A stretch of DNA of 64,000 bases, from NCBI GenBank assembly GCA_964467905.1, contig CAYXSY010000007.1, positions 116 through 64,115 on the forward strand, given 5' to 3'. Numbering within the stretch: the stretch's first letter is position 1; each line of letters begins with the position of its first letter. This DNA comes from an uncultured Planctomycetales bacterium (GTDB taxonomy: Bacteria > Omnitrophota > Gorgyraeia > Gygaellales > Profunditerraquicolaceae). Under the pieces are notes generated by a model. The model did no database searches and had not been told where the DNA came from. It saw only the letters and a list, made by a program, of their open reading frames with translations. Of this stretch, positions 1 to 9,381 are shown piece by piece. The position numbers and the translations under genes were made by a program.

Positions 1-125
1 AATACACAATTGACCTTAAAGGCAAAGATATGTCCTATATTATAGGAGGTTTTTGCTGGTCAACTAATTCTGATGTTAATCCCGATGGAGCAACTTTCTA
101 TCTGGATGAAATAAAGTTTGAATAA
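1..125 (+). CDS. C-terminal fragment of an upstream gene (function unknown)
   Basis: The frame from nt 3 is open from the window edge and reads YTIDLKGKDMSYIIGGFCWSTNSDVNPDGATFYLDEIKFE, with stop TAA at 123-125. The start lies outside the window. Confidence 0.4.
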   Translation, partial: YTIDLKGKDMSYIIGGFCWSTNSDVNPDGATFYLDEIKFE

Positions 126-210
126 GAAAAAAGATACGGTGATAAGGCGCAGGGGCGGTTCTTAGAAAAATAGGACCGTCCCTGTAAGCCTCGGCCGTTC
201 CTTTCAATAT

Positions 211-1458
211 ATGAAAAGATTCCTTATCTTATGCTCTGTTTTTATTTTTCTTCTCATTCCTCAAGGCCTTGCCAAAACAAACCCTAAGGTCTATATAAAG
301 AAACTGCCTAAAGACCGCTACCAGCTGATTGTTGATAAGAAGCCTTATGTGGTTAAGGGGGTTTGTTATAACCCCATTCCTATAGGACAAAACCATCAAT
401 ATGACTGGTGGTCTGACCCTGCCAAACCCTGGCTTGTGGATGGTAAGCTCATGAAAGAAATGGGAGTTAATACCATCAGGATTTATCAAGTAGGTGAGAA
501 TCCAGAAAAAGTAAAAGAAGTTATAAGAGATCTCTATGAGAAATTCGGTATCCGTACAATTTTAGGGAATTGGCTTGGTTTCTGGAATTACCCGTGCCCA
601 TTCTACGGAGATAAAGATTTTCAGGATGGGATCAGAAAAGAAGTTGTGGATATGGTTAATACTTATAAAGATGAACCCGGTGTTTTAATGTGGATTTTGG
701 GCAATGAGAATAATTATTCCTGTCTGGGACGCGTTAATCCATGGACTAGCGATGAAATAGATAAAGAAAAAGACCCACAGAAGCAAAATAATATGCGCGC
801 GCGTATTTATTATTCCTATGTAAATAGTATTGCCAAAGAAATACATAAGGTTGACCGTAATCATCCCGTTGCTTTGGGCAATGGCGAGTTGGTAGGGCTT
901 GAAGTCGCGAATGAGGTTTGCCCGGATATAGACTTGGTAGCTTGTATAATATATAGAGGTAAGACTTTTGGTAATCTTTTTAATTCATTGCGCGCAAGTT
1001 TTGACCGTCCGGTACTTTTAAGTGAATTCGGAGCGGATAGCTATGACGCTTATTTAAAAAAGGAAGACCAGAACATGCAGGCCTTTTTCTTGGAGTCGCA
1101 ATGGCGTCAGATTTATGAGAATTTAGCGACGAATAAAGATGGCGCAGGCAATTGTATAGGCGGCCTTATGTTTGAGTGGACGGATGAATGGTGGAAACAT
1201 AATGAATCTTGCCCTGACGGCTGGCTTATCCATGATACCGAATCTAATTGGTCAAATGGTAGTTATTATTTTGATATTCGTGCAGAAGGCAATAAGAATA
1301 TGAACGAGGAGTGGTTTGGTATTGTGGCTTTATCAGAAGATTTAGAAGGCGGGTTAAATAAAAGAGTCCCGCGCAAGGCCTATTATGTAGTGCGGGAATT
1401 CTGGAAGAACCCTAATCTTAAGCCGCAGAAGGCAAAAAAAGACATAAAGGTTAAATAA
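211..1458 (+). CDS. secreted clan GH-A (GH2-like TIM-barrel) glycoside hydrolase
   Basis: Signal peptide MKRFLILCSVFIFLLIPQGLA. WILGNENNY (acid/base Glu context) and LLSEFGADSYD (nucleophile Glu context) are typical of retaining (beta/alpha)8 glycosidases. The family was assigned by eye only. Confidence 0.6.
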   Translation: MKRFLILCSVFIFLLIPQGLAKTNPKVYIKKLPKDRYQLIVDKKPYVVKGVCYNPIPIGQNHQYDWWSDPAKPWLVDGKLMKEMGVNTIRIYQVGENPEKVKEVIRDLYEKFGIRTILGNWLGFWNYPCPFYGDKDFQDGIRKEVVDMVNTYKDEPGVLMWILGNENNYSCLGRVNPWTSDEIDKEKDPQKQNNMRARIYYSYVNSIAKEIHKVDRNHPVALGNGELVGLEVANEVCPDIDLVACIIYRGKTFGNLFNSLRASFDRPVLLSEFGADSYDAYLKKEDQNMQAFFLESQWRQIYENLATNKDGAGNCIGGLMFEWTDEWWKHNESCPDGWLIHDTESNWSNGSYYFDIRAEGNKNMNEEWFGIVALSEDLEGGLNKRVPRKAYYVVREFWKNPNLKPQKAKKDIKVK

Positions 1459-1460
1459 CT

Positions 1461-3068
1461 ATGAAAAAGAATATATCTCTAATTTTTGCAGGGGTTATCT
1501 GTGGGTTATTATTTGCAAGTCGTGGGTTTTGTTTGGATAGCGATGTGCAGCTTTCTTCTTTGACCAAGAAAGTTATGGAAGCCAAAGATGATAAAGGAGC
1601 CTGCGATAGCCTTGAGCAGATAATGAGCTTATATTTAAAGGACCATAAGTATGCTGATTTTGCCGGATTCCTTGAATCAGTAGCTCAGAAGAAAAAGAAT
1701 CTAGTGCCTTGCGTTTCTTACTATATCGCATTATGCAGGTACCAGCAGCTTAGGTACCTTGAGGAATCACAAAATTGGGATGAATATTTTAGCCAGGGCA
1801 ATACTTATCGCGATCAGATAACGGGTAATTTAAAAACAGCCATTGGTTCTTTGTCTGCGAATGAGCCGTTATATGTTTATAGCAGACTTCTTTTATGGCA
1901 GTTTCATAATGGCCAGCAGGATGCTTTTTATGAAGAAGCCCTAACAGACCTGGATGATGCTGTCAGCCAGTATGCCAAGAATGCAAAGGACCTCGGTCCT
2001 ATAAAGGCGGCAGCGGATAAATTATTTGAAGCCGGGCAAAACGCTATTTCAAGAAAGATGTATTCGCTTTATACACAAAGGCTTATCTCTTCAGGGTTGT
2101 CGGATAAAGAATTGAAGAAAGCAGGCGATGATTTCTACAAACAGGGTAATCTTGAGTTGGCCGAAAATATATATGATGTATATATAGATAAAATTTCATC
2201 GAGCCTGACAAAGGATAAAGTTTCGGCAATTCTTATAGATATAGCCAAAATGTTTGTCTATAATGACGCAGGCCTGAATGATCCTTCCTATGCGGAGAAG
2301 CTGTTTCAGAGGGCTGAGTCTTTGGGCGGTGAGGGTATTTTTGACGAGCACCTTTTGTATGTGAGAGCTTTTAATCTGGAAAAAGCAAAAGAATATTCAT
2401 CAGCGCGCGACAGGTATATAGTTTTGATTAACCGTTTCCCTTCGGGATTGCATTTTGACGAGGCTGTTTTTAAAGTCGGGATATTGTACGCCTATACTGG
2501 CAGGGATATAAAGAATGCTAAGATATATTTTGAGAAAATATCTTCCCAAGAAAAAATAACTCCGCAAGTGATATCGAGTATTTACCAGCTTGGTTTATTG
2601 AATCAATGGGAGGAGAATTTTGATAAGGCTAAGCAATATTATGCGAAAGCAATTGAGGCAGCCGGAGATAATTTTGCAGATACAATAAGTCTTGTTAAAG
2701 AGAGACTCAAGGAAATCGAAGAAAGCAGGCCTATAGAGTATAATCTCAAGACGTTTATGGATGTTTCTTTGAGGCAGGAGTATGCATATCTGGATGCAAG
2801 TAAAGTTTCTCTGAAATGCAGCCCTTATCAGGGCAAGAAAGATGAATCAATTAATGTATCATCTACGGTTTATATGCCCGCAAGCGGTTGTATGCAGGTA
2901 GAAAATCAGTATTTATGGTCCGGGCATTTAGGAAAAACATCACCACAGGCAGAAAATGCCTCTTTCGATGCTTCTTTTAGCAACACAGGCACAAAAGAAA
3001 TAAACCTTGTAGCTACTTCTTCAAGCGGGATAGTGGATTTTAGCCTGGATATGGTTGATATACGTTAA
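1461..3068 (+). CDS. secreted TPR-like helical repeat protein
   Basis: N-terminal signal/lipoprotein-like segment (ISLIFAGVICGLLFASRGFC). Repeated A/Y/L-rich helical pairs (e.g. YYAKAIEA, YQLGLLNQW). The start follows the previous stop by 2 nt. Confidence 0.5.
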   Translation: MKKNISLIFAGVICGLLFASRGFCLDSDVQLSSLTKKVMEAKDDKGACDSLEQIMSLYLKDHKYADFAGFLESVAQKKKNLVPCVSYYIALCRYQQLRYLEESQNWDEYFSQGNTYRDQITGNLKTAIGSLSANEPLYVYSRLLLWQFHNGQQDAFYEEALTDLDDAVSQYAKNAKDLGPIKAAADKLFEAGQNAISRKMYSLYTQRLISSGLSDKELKKAGDDFYKQGNLELAENIYDVYIDKISSSLTKDKVSAILIDIAKMFVYNDAGLNDPSYAEKLFQRAESLGGEGIFDEHLLYVRAFNLEKAKEYSSARDRYIVLINRFPSGLHFDEAVFKVGILYAYTGRDIKNAKIYFEKISSQEKITPQVISSIYQLGLLNQWEENFDKAKQYYAKAIEAAGDNFADTISLVKERLKEIEESRPIEYNLKTFMDVSLRQEYAYLDASKVSLKCSPYQGKKDESINVSSTVYMPASGCMQVENQYLWSGHLGKTSPQAENASFDASFSNTGTKEINLVATSSSGIVDFSLDMVDIR

Positions 3069-3113
3069 ACCCCCACCTGCCAAACCATTCTTTTTCTTAA
3101 TCATTAAAAATAC

Positions 3114-3142
3114 TTGACTTATACATTTTTTGGTAGTATAAA
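3114..3142 (+). promoter_or_regulatory. sigma70-type promoter for the ROK regulator gene
   Basis: TTGACT (3114-3119), 17-nt spacer, TATAAA (3137-3142). Confidence 0.45.
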
Positions 3143-3265
3143 TAAATAAAATATTTCTCGTGAAAAGAAACTGTTCTTTTTACGGATGGAAGTACTATAT
3201 ATTTATTATATATAAATTTATAAAATATTTTTCAAAGCCACGGGGAAAGGCACAGCATATTATTT

Positions 3266-4501
3266 ATGCGGCCGGTTAATTTTCAAAAAGAAGAGCTATC
3301 AGAAAAAGAAAAGCGAAATCTTGACATACTGGAGATTCTGAGAAGAAGAGGGCCCATAAGCAGGCCTGAAATTTCCCGTGAGATGGGTGTTAATATAGTC
3401 ACCATCTCAAATTATATAGATGATTTCATAAAGAATAACCTTGTTTATGAAAAAGAACTTGATATTTCAGAAGGCGGCAGGCGCCCGGTCCTTCTTGATC
3501 TTAATCCTCATGCCGGATATGTAGTTGGTGTAGGACTCAACCTGATGAATATGGTTGGGCTTTTGGTAGATTTAAAAGGGAACATTGTCACTAAGACACA
3601 AATAGTCAGGCCCAGGGCTTCGGTTAAAGAAATAACCGAATGTTTATTGGATATAACCCGTGAAATAATCAGGCGTTCTAAAGAATATACGCCTAATATA
3701 AAAGGAATCGGCGTCGGTATTGCAGGCCTGGTGAATAAAAAAGACGGCTCTATACACTGGCCGCAGAAGATTGACAGTAGTTATACCTATGCTTCTGTCG
3801 ATATCCCGTTAAGGGATTTAATTGAAAATGAATTTAATCTTCCGGCATTGATAGAAAATGATGCTACTGCTGCTTGTTTTGGCGAACACTGGCTTGATTT
3901 GGAACGCGGATTAAAAAATGTCCTTTATATGTTCTCCGGTGTTGGCTGCGGGATAATGATTGACGGGCAGGTTTATACCGGTTCAAAAGGTTATGCCGGA
4001 GAAGTTGCCGTGCATAATTATAAGCAGGACGATTCTCTTAATTGCCAGTTTTCAGGCGGGTGCTTCCTTAAAAGATGGGAAGCAGACCTTGGCATAGTAG
4101 ATGATATAAAGAAGCTTTTAGCTAAGGATAAGGAAAAGGCAAAACAGTTTCTGGAATTGACCTCCAGCAAAATTGACAATGTAGATTTAAAGAGTGTTTT
4201 TATCGCTTCCCGTGCCAATAACCAGCTGGCGATTTCCGTGTTAGATGATGCTGCTAAGAGGCTGGGGATAAAGATAGCCCATCTTGTGAATCTCTTAAAC
4301 CCTGAAGTTGTTGTTATCGGCGGCGGGCTCGAAGAGGCATACGATAGATTCTTAAATATAGTCAGCTCTACGGTAAAAGATTGGGCTTTTAAAGAGGCTA
4401 CTGAAGACTTAAAGATAGTTTATTCGCGCTTAAGAGAAAATGCGGTTGCTTTGGGCGCTGCCAGCTTAGTGGTTAAGAATTTATTTGCGCAGTTAAGATA
4501 A
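3266..4501 (+). CDS. ROK-family transcriptional regulator
   Basis: N-terminal winged HTH (ILEILRRRGPISRPEISREMGVNIVTISNYI) followed by a ROK sugar-kinase-like fold (GVGIAGLV, ENDATAACFGE, GVGCGIMIDG, VVIGGG). Confidence 0.8.
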   Translation: MRPVNFQKEELSEKEKRNLDILEILRRRGPISRPEISREMGVNIVTISNYIDDFIKNNLVYEKELDISEGGRRPVLLDLNPHAGYVVGVGLNLMNMVGLLVDLKGNIVTKTQIVRPRASVKEITECLLDITREIIRRSKEYTPNIKGIGVGIAGLVNKKDGSIHWPQKIDSSYTYASVDIPLRDLIENEFNLPALIENDATAACFGEHWLDLERGLKNVLYMFSGVGCGIMIDGQVYTGSKGYAGEVAVHNYKQDDSLNCQFSGGCFLKRWEADLGIVDDIKKLLAKDKEKAKQFLELTSSKIDNVDLKSVFIASRANNQLAISVLDDAAKRLGIKIAHLVNLLNPEVVVIGGGLEEAYDRFLNIVSSTVKDWAFKEATEDLKIVYSRLRENAVALGAASLVVKNLFAQLR

Positions 4502-4547
4502 ATTTATATTTTACTAAAGATTATAAAAAGTAGCCAAATCCAGGAGG

Positions 4548-5738
4548 ATGATAATGGAGCAGAAGGTAAAATTTATAATAATTGGCCTCGCAGGATTATT
4601 ACTTGTGACTTTATTTTTTGCTCTGCAAGCTACTACCGTAAAGGGTAAATTAGAGGTAAGGGTTAAACAGTTAGGAGAAGAAAATGCCTCTTTGATGAAT
4701 AAGGTTAATGCTATTTCTCAGGAGGCAGAACGTTTCAGAAGCAAGGCAGATTCTCTCAATAAAGAAATCGAAAGAATATCTTTGCAGAAGGATGACCTTC
4801 AAAAGAGAGTGGATTTAGTAAGTAAAGAAAAAGAGGAGTTGATTGATAAGCTAAAAGAAATTAAAGATTCAGCCAAAACTCAAGGCGAACAGAAACCCGC
4901 TGCTGCCGGGGCAAATGACGCTTATTGGGCTAATATATTAAAGACTAACGCAGACCTGGAATTAAAGGTAAGTACGGTCCGTAGTGAGCTCAGGGATATG
5001 CAGATAAAGAATGAAGAGCTGGATAGGGCCAAGAAGTCCCTGGAATTAGATATAAATAATCTGGAGCGCGATAAGAAAGATTTGCAACGTCAGGCAGACT
5101 ATAATCAGAAACTAAGCGAAAATCTTACCAATGAGCTTGTCAGTGAGCGTAACGATAAATTTAAGCTTCAGGAAACATTCAAGTCGGTGCAGAGCGAGAA
5201 TACGGCTTTAAGAAGGCAGCTTACCAGGCTTAACGGCAGGAAGATTGCCCTTGAAAGAGATATACAGAAGCTTACCGAAGATAAAGATAATCTCGAGCGT
5301 ACTTTTGCCAATATGGAAAAGGTATTAAAGGGCAACGTCAGTGAAATATGCCAGCTTAAAGATCAGCTTAGCCAGATACGTTCAGGCAACGTTGTTTTGC
5401 CTCCTCAGGAGCAGGATTCCATAGATTTACCTCCTATTGTAGTGCGCCCGCAGGCAGATGCTTCTGTCGAGCCAGCCGATACAAATGCCCCGCCTCCTCC
5501 AGTTAGCCCCGCAGGTCCGATTGTCGGAAAAGTTCTTTCCGTAGATAGAGGCGGTAATTTTGTTATTGTAGATTTAGGAGAAGAGGCCGGTATAAAAGCA
5601 GGAGATCTCCTACAGGTTACAAGGGATGATAAGGATGTCGGGTTAGTTTCAGTAGTCCAGACACGAAAAGATATATCTGCCTGTGATATAAAAAGAGAAT
5701 CACTACCTATTAAGATAGGCGATATAGCAAGTAAGTAA
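4548..5738 (+). CDS. membrane-anchored long coiled-coil protein with Pro-rich linker and small C-terminal beta domain
   Basis: One N-terminal TM helix (FIIIGLAGLLLVTLFFAL), about 250 aa of heptad-like E/K/L/Q-rich sequence, a PPPPVSPAGP linker, then GKVLSVDRGGNFVIVDLGEEAGIKAGDLLQV. The ATG at 4554 has better spacing to AGGAGG (4542-4547) and may be the real start. Confidence 0.5.
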   Translation: MIMEQKVKFIIIGLAGLLLVTLFFALQATTVKGKLEVRVKQLGEENASLMNKVNAISQEAERFRSKADSLNKEIERISLQKDDLQKRVDLVSKEKEELIDKLKEIKDSAKTQGEQKPAAAGANDAYWANILKTNADLELKVSTVRSELRDMQIKNEELDRAKKSLELDINNLERDKKDLQRQADYNQKLSENLTNELVSERNDKFKLQETFKSVQSENTALRRQLTRLNGRKIALERDIQKLTEDKDNLERTFANMEKVLKGNVSEICQLKDQLSQIRSGNVVLPPQEQDSIDLPPIVVRPQADASVEPADTNAPPPPVSPAGPIVGKVLSVDRGGNFVIVDLGEEAGIKAGDLLQVTRDDKDVGLVSVVQTRKDISACDIKRESLPIKIGDIASK

Positions 5739-5771
5739 TTCTTTAACAAGCACGTCTTCATATCGTTTCCT

Positions 5772-6788
5772 ATGGTGCGTATCAAGAAAAGCCCTTCCAA
5801 AAATGTTTCTATTCATGATGTTGCTAAGCTTGCCGGAGTTTCTATAACTACAGTTTCCCGTGTAATAAATAAGACCGGTGCGGTTAAGGATAAGAATAGG
5901 ATCAGGGTTTTAGATGCTATTAAAGAATTGAAATTTCAGCCTTCGGTATTCGCGCAGCGTTTAGCTACCGGGAAAAGCAACGTAGTAGCCCTGGTTATAC
6001 CCCGCTATGAAGGTATGTTTTATTCATTCTATGTTTTAGAACTCATCCGCGGCATAGGTACTTTATGCGAAGCATTAAAACTCGATCTTTTGTTACGTCT
6101 TACCGATAGCAAAACAAGCCTTAGTTTAAGGGGCATAGGGGGCTTGATATTCGCAGATGTTATTGGCAACCGTCTTCAGCTTGATGCTGCTTTGGAAGAA
6201 GGGATCCCGACAGTAGTCATAAACAATAAAGTAGATAATCTTAATGTAAGCTATATCGCCATAGATAACAAAGGCGGGGCAGTAGCTGCTGTAAATTATC
6301 TGGTTGCCTTAGGGCATAAAAAGATAGCCCATATTACAGGGGATCTTATAACTCAGGCAGCTGCAGAACGCCTTGAAGGGTATAAGGATTCGCTGAAGAA
6401 GAATGGCATTCCGTTAAGGGAAGACTATATATTTAAAACAGATTATTCGCGCGGTCAGGCCAGGGCAGCCGCTGAGAAAATAATTAAAATGGATGACCGA
6501 CCGACGGCAGTTTTTGTCGCATCAGACTCTATGGCGCTTGAGGTTATGGCTTTGGTCAGAGAAAACGGTAAAAATGTACCTAAAGATTTGTCTATCGTCG
6601 GCTATGATGATAATCCTTCCGGCTTATACGGGCCTGTAGCATTAACTACGGTAAGGCAGCCTTTAGTTACTATGGCGCAGGAAGGCCTGAAAGAATTAAA
6701 TAACCTTATTTTAGGCAAACAGGAAGCCCCAAGAAAAGTAGTCTTGCCTACGGAATTAATTATTAGAGAGTCTTGCCGGGCAGTATAA
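5772..6788 (+). CDS. LacI-family transcriptional regulator
   Basis: N-terminal HTH IHDVAKLAGVSITTVSRVIN followed by a periplasmic-binding-protein-like sugar-binding domain (IVGYDD, VRQP). Confidence 0.85.
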   Translation: MVRIKKSPSKNVSIHDVAKLAGVSITTVSRVINKTGAVKDKNRIRVLDAIKELKFQPSVFAQRLATGKSNVVALVIPRYEGMFYSFYVLELIRGIGTLCEALKLDLLLRLTDSKTSLSLRGIGGLIFADVIGNRLQLDAALEEGIPTVVINNKVDNLNVSYIAIDNKGGAVAAVNYLVALGHKKIAHITGDLITQAAAERLEGYKDSLKKNGIPLREDYIFKTDYSRGQARAAAEKIIKMDDRPTAVFVASDSMALEVMALVRENGKNVPKDLSIVGYDDNPSGLYGPVALTTVRQPLVTMAQEGLKELNNLILGKQEAPRKVVLPTELIIRESCRAV

Positions 6789-6857
6789 TTTTTAAACAGC
6801 CACCTGCCCTTTTGAAATATCCGCATCACAACTGGTAGTATAGTTAATGTTTTATTT

Positions 6858-6909
6858 CCACAATATATGGTATTTTATTGTTGACACGCTATCCTGTGGA
6901 TGTTATAAT
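6858..6909 (+). promoter_or_regulatory. nrdJ promoter with two candidate NrdR boxes
   Basis: TTGACA (6881-6886), 17-nt spacer, TGtTATAAT (6901-6909). CCACAATATATGGTAT (6858-6873) and ACACGCTATCCTGTGG (6884-6899) resemble the NrdR box acaCwAtATaTwGtgt. The second box overlaps the -35 element and spacer. Confidence 0.5.
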
Positions 6910-6965
6910 TTTATTAGAGGGATGGTATAAATTATTAATTCATCTTTTTAGACGGGAGGCAGAGT

Positions 6966-9260
6966 ATGGCTTTTAAACTTTCTGAAAATGCCGTAAGAGT
7001 GTTGGAGAGAAGGTATCTTAAAAAAGATGCCGCAGGCAAAGTGATTGAGACGCCAGAAGAAATGTTTAGGCGTGTGGCAGAGGCCATTGCTTGCGCTGAC
7101 AAGGCTTACGGTAAAACAGATAAAGAGATTAATGAACTGAAGGAATCATTCTTTCATATTATGACAGAATTTGACTTTCTGCCTAATTCCCCGTGTTTGA
7201 TGAATGCCGGTAGAGAGCTCGGGCAGTTAAGTGCATGTTTTACTCTTCCGATTAATGATTCTATGGAATCTATATTTGAGACATTAAAGGCCACAGCGAT
7301 GATTCATAAATCAGGCGGCGGAACAGGATTTTCTTTTTCTCGCCTGCGCCCGAAGAATTCAGTTGTACAGACTACGGGAGGAGTTGCCTCCGGACCAGTG
7401 TCTTTTATGAAAGTTTATGATGCTGCTACTGAAGCAGTGAAACAGGGCGGTACGCGCCGCGGTGCCAATATGGGAATATTGCGCATCAACCACCCGGATA
7501 TCATGGAATTTATTACCTGCAAAGAAAATAATAAAGACATAAATAATTTTAACATTTCAGTTGCGATTACCGACGAGTTTATGAAGAAGCTGGAAAACAA
7601 TGAAGATTACGATCTTGTTGACCCGCGTTCGAAAGAAGTAACTCATCACATTAATACAAGAGAGGCGTTCAATTTAATAGTAAAGCAGGCATATAAGAAC
7701 GGAGAGCCCGGGATTATTTTTATTGACCGCATTAACCGTGATAATCCTACTCCTCACTTAGGAGAGATAGAAAGTACTAACCCGTGCGGAGAGCAACCCA
7801 TACTTCCTTACGAGAGCTGTGATTTAGGGTCAATTAATCTGGCACGCATGTGTAAGAAGATCGGGAGCCGTTATGAAATTGATTGGGACAAATTAGCCAA
7901 GGTAACGCACCTCGCCGTACACTTTTTAGATAACATAATTGATGTTAATAAATTCCCTATCCCCCAGATAGAGAATGCTACTAAGCTTACGCGTAAGATA
8001 GGCCTTGGTGTTATGGGTTGGGCAAGTCTTCTTATTCGTTTAGGCATCCCTTATAATAGCGACGATGCCGTTTCTTTAGCCGAAAAAGTGATGTCTTTTA
8101 TATTGGGCGAAGCAATTAAGAAGTCGCAGGAAATGGCGTCGGAAAGAGGCGTGTTTCCTGCATTTAAAGGTAGCATCTTTGATAATAAGGGGAAATCTCT
8201 TAGATTACGCAACGCTACCTTAACTACGATTGCCCCTACTGGTACAATAAGCATTATCGCCAGCCCTTGTTCTTCAGGGGTTGAGCCGCTTTTTGCAATA
8301 TCTTATTACCGCAATGTTATGGATAATGATAAATTAGTGGAAACCGAGCCGTTGTTTGAGGAGATAGCCAAGGAACGAGGTTTTTACAGCCGTCAGCTTA
8401 TGGAGAAGATTGCCGAGAAAGGCTCTTTACAGGATTTAACGGAGATACCTGAAGATATAAAAAAGGTTTTTGTTACCGCACACGATATATCCGCTGAGTG
8501 GCATGTTAAGATGCAGGCTGCTTTTCAGAAATTTACTTCCAATGCGGTTAGTAAAACTATTAACTTCCCACATGATGCTCCCGTATCCGATATAGAAAAC
8601 GCTTATATTTTATCTTATAAGCTTGGCTGTAAAGGGATTACCGTATACCGTGATGGAAGCAGGGAAGAGCAGGTACTGAATATTTCTAAAGCTAAGCCTA
8701 AAGAAGAGCAAAAAATATTAGAACCGGGAAAAATTGAGCCGCGTCCGCGTCCGGAGGTTATTATAGGGACTACCACAAAAGTTCCTACCGGTTGCGGTAA
8801 TCTTTATGTGACTATAAATATAGACGAGGAAGGCAGGCCTTTTGAGCTTTTTACTCAGATGGGCAAAGCCGGAGGATGCGCTGGCAGCCAGCTTGAAGCT
8901 TTAGGCAGGCTTGTTTCTTTGGCTTTTCGTTCAGGGATAGAAGTTAAATCTATTATAGAGCAATTACGCAATATCCGTTGTCCCAGCCCTTCATGGGAAA
9001 AGGGGCAGCGTATATTTTCCTGCGCCGATGCAATAGCCAGGGTTATAGAAAAACGGCTTCTTAACAATACATTATCCGCGCTGCCTGCTGAAACAGCTCC
9101 TGTTGCGATGAAGCATTCGCATAATGATGAGACGACAGCAGATCTTGCTTCTCTTGACCGCGGCGGAGATATCGTCGGAGTCTGCCCGGACTGCGGAGGT
9201 GCGCTTAGGCATGAAGAAGGATGCCAAAAGTGCCAGGCTTGCGGTTTCTCAAAATGCTAA
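6966..9260 (+). CDS. nrdJ: class II (adenosylcobalamin-dependent) ribonucleoside-triphosphate/diphosphate reductase
   Basis: Single-chain RNR of about 760 aa. It has the NSPCLMNAG, SACF and TNPCGEQP active-site motifs and a C-terminal CPDCGG...CQKCQACG zinc-ribbon tail. Confidence 0.9.
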   Translation: MAFKLSENAVRVLERRYLKKDAAGKVIETPEEMFRRVAEAIACADKAYGKTDKEINELKESFFHIMTEFDFLPNSPCLMNAGRELGQLSACFTLPINDSMESIFETLKATAMIHKSGGGTGFSFSRLRPKNSVVQTTGGVASGPVSFMKVYDAATEAVKQGGTRRGANMGILRINHPDIMEFITCKENNKDINNFNISVAITDEFMKKLENNEDYDLVDPRSKEVTHHINTREAFNLIVKQAYKNGEPGIIFIDRINRDNPTPHLGEIESTNPCGEQPILPYESCDLGSINLARMCKKIGSRYEIDWDKLAKVTHLAVHFLDNIIDVNKFPIPQIENATKLTRKIGLGVMGWASLLIRLGIPYNSDDAVSLAEKVMSFILGEAIKKSQEMASERGVFPAFKGSIFDNKGKSLRLRNATLTTIAPTGTISIIASPCSSGVEPLFAISYYRNVMDNDKLVETEPLFEEIAKERGFYSRQLMEKIAEKGSLQDLTEIPEDIKKVFVTAHDISAEWHVKMQAAFQKFTSNAVSKTINFPHDAPVSDIENAYILSYKLGCKGITVYRDGSREEQVLNISKAKPKEEQKILEPGKIEPRPRPEVIIGTTTKVPTGCGNLYVTINIDEEGRPFELFTQMGKAGGCAGSQLEALGRLVSLAFRSGIEVKSIIEQLRNIRCPSPSWEKGQRIFSCADAIARVIEKRLLNNTLSALPAETAPVAMKHSHNDETTADLASLDRGGDIVGVCPDCGGALRHEEGCQKCQACGFSKC

Positions 9261-9381
9261 TCGTGTTATAGGTAAGCGTTTTCTAACCTTTTACAACAAG
9301 AGTCTATCTGTCGGGGGCTCTTTACCAGCCTTTACATTAATCTGTACCAGATATAATTCTAAAAAAGCTTATCCTTAAGAT

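Noticed and set aside
150-184. A 12-bp hairpin (CAGGGGCGGTTC...GGACCGTCCCTG) after the first partial gene.
   Set aside because: It has no U-run after the stem, so I do not call it an intrinsic terminator. It may still be a stabilising or Rho-related element.
9124-9378. An 84-aa ORF overlapping the 3' end of nrdJ and the nrdJ-apgM spacer.
   Set aside because: It is out of frame with the well-supported nrdJ zinc-ribbon tail and has no RBS. Its sequence is Arg/Leu/Ser-rich with no motifs.
9261-9381. A possible promoter (TTTACA...TATAAT, 9330-9356) and a weak hairpin (9299-9323) between nrdJ and apgM.
   Set aside because: The spacer is only about 15 nt, and the hairpin has a 5-bp stem with a 15-nt loop and no U-run. 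This is too weak to call.
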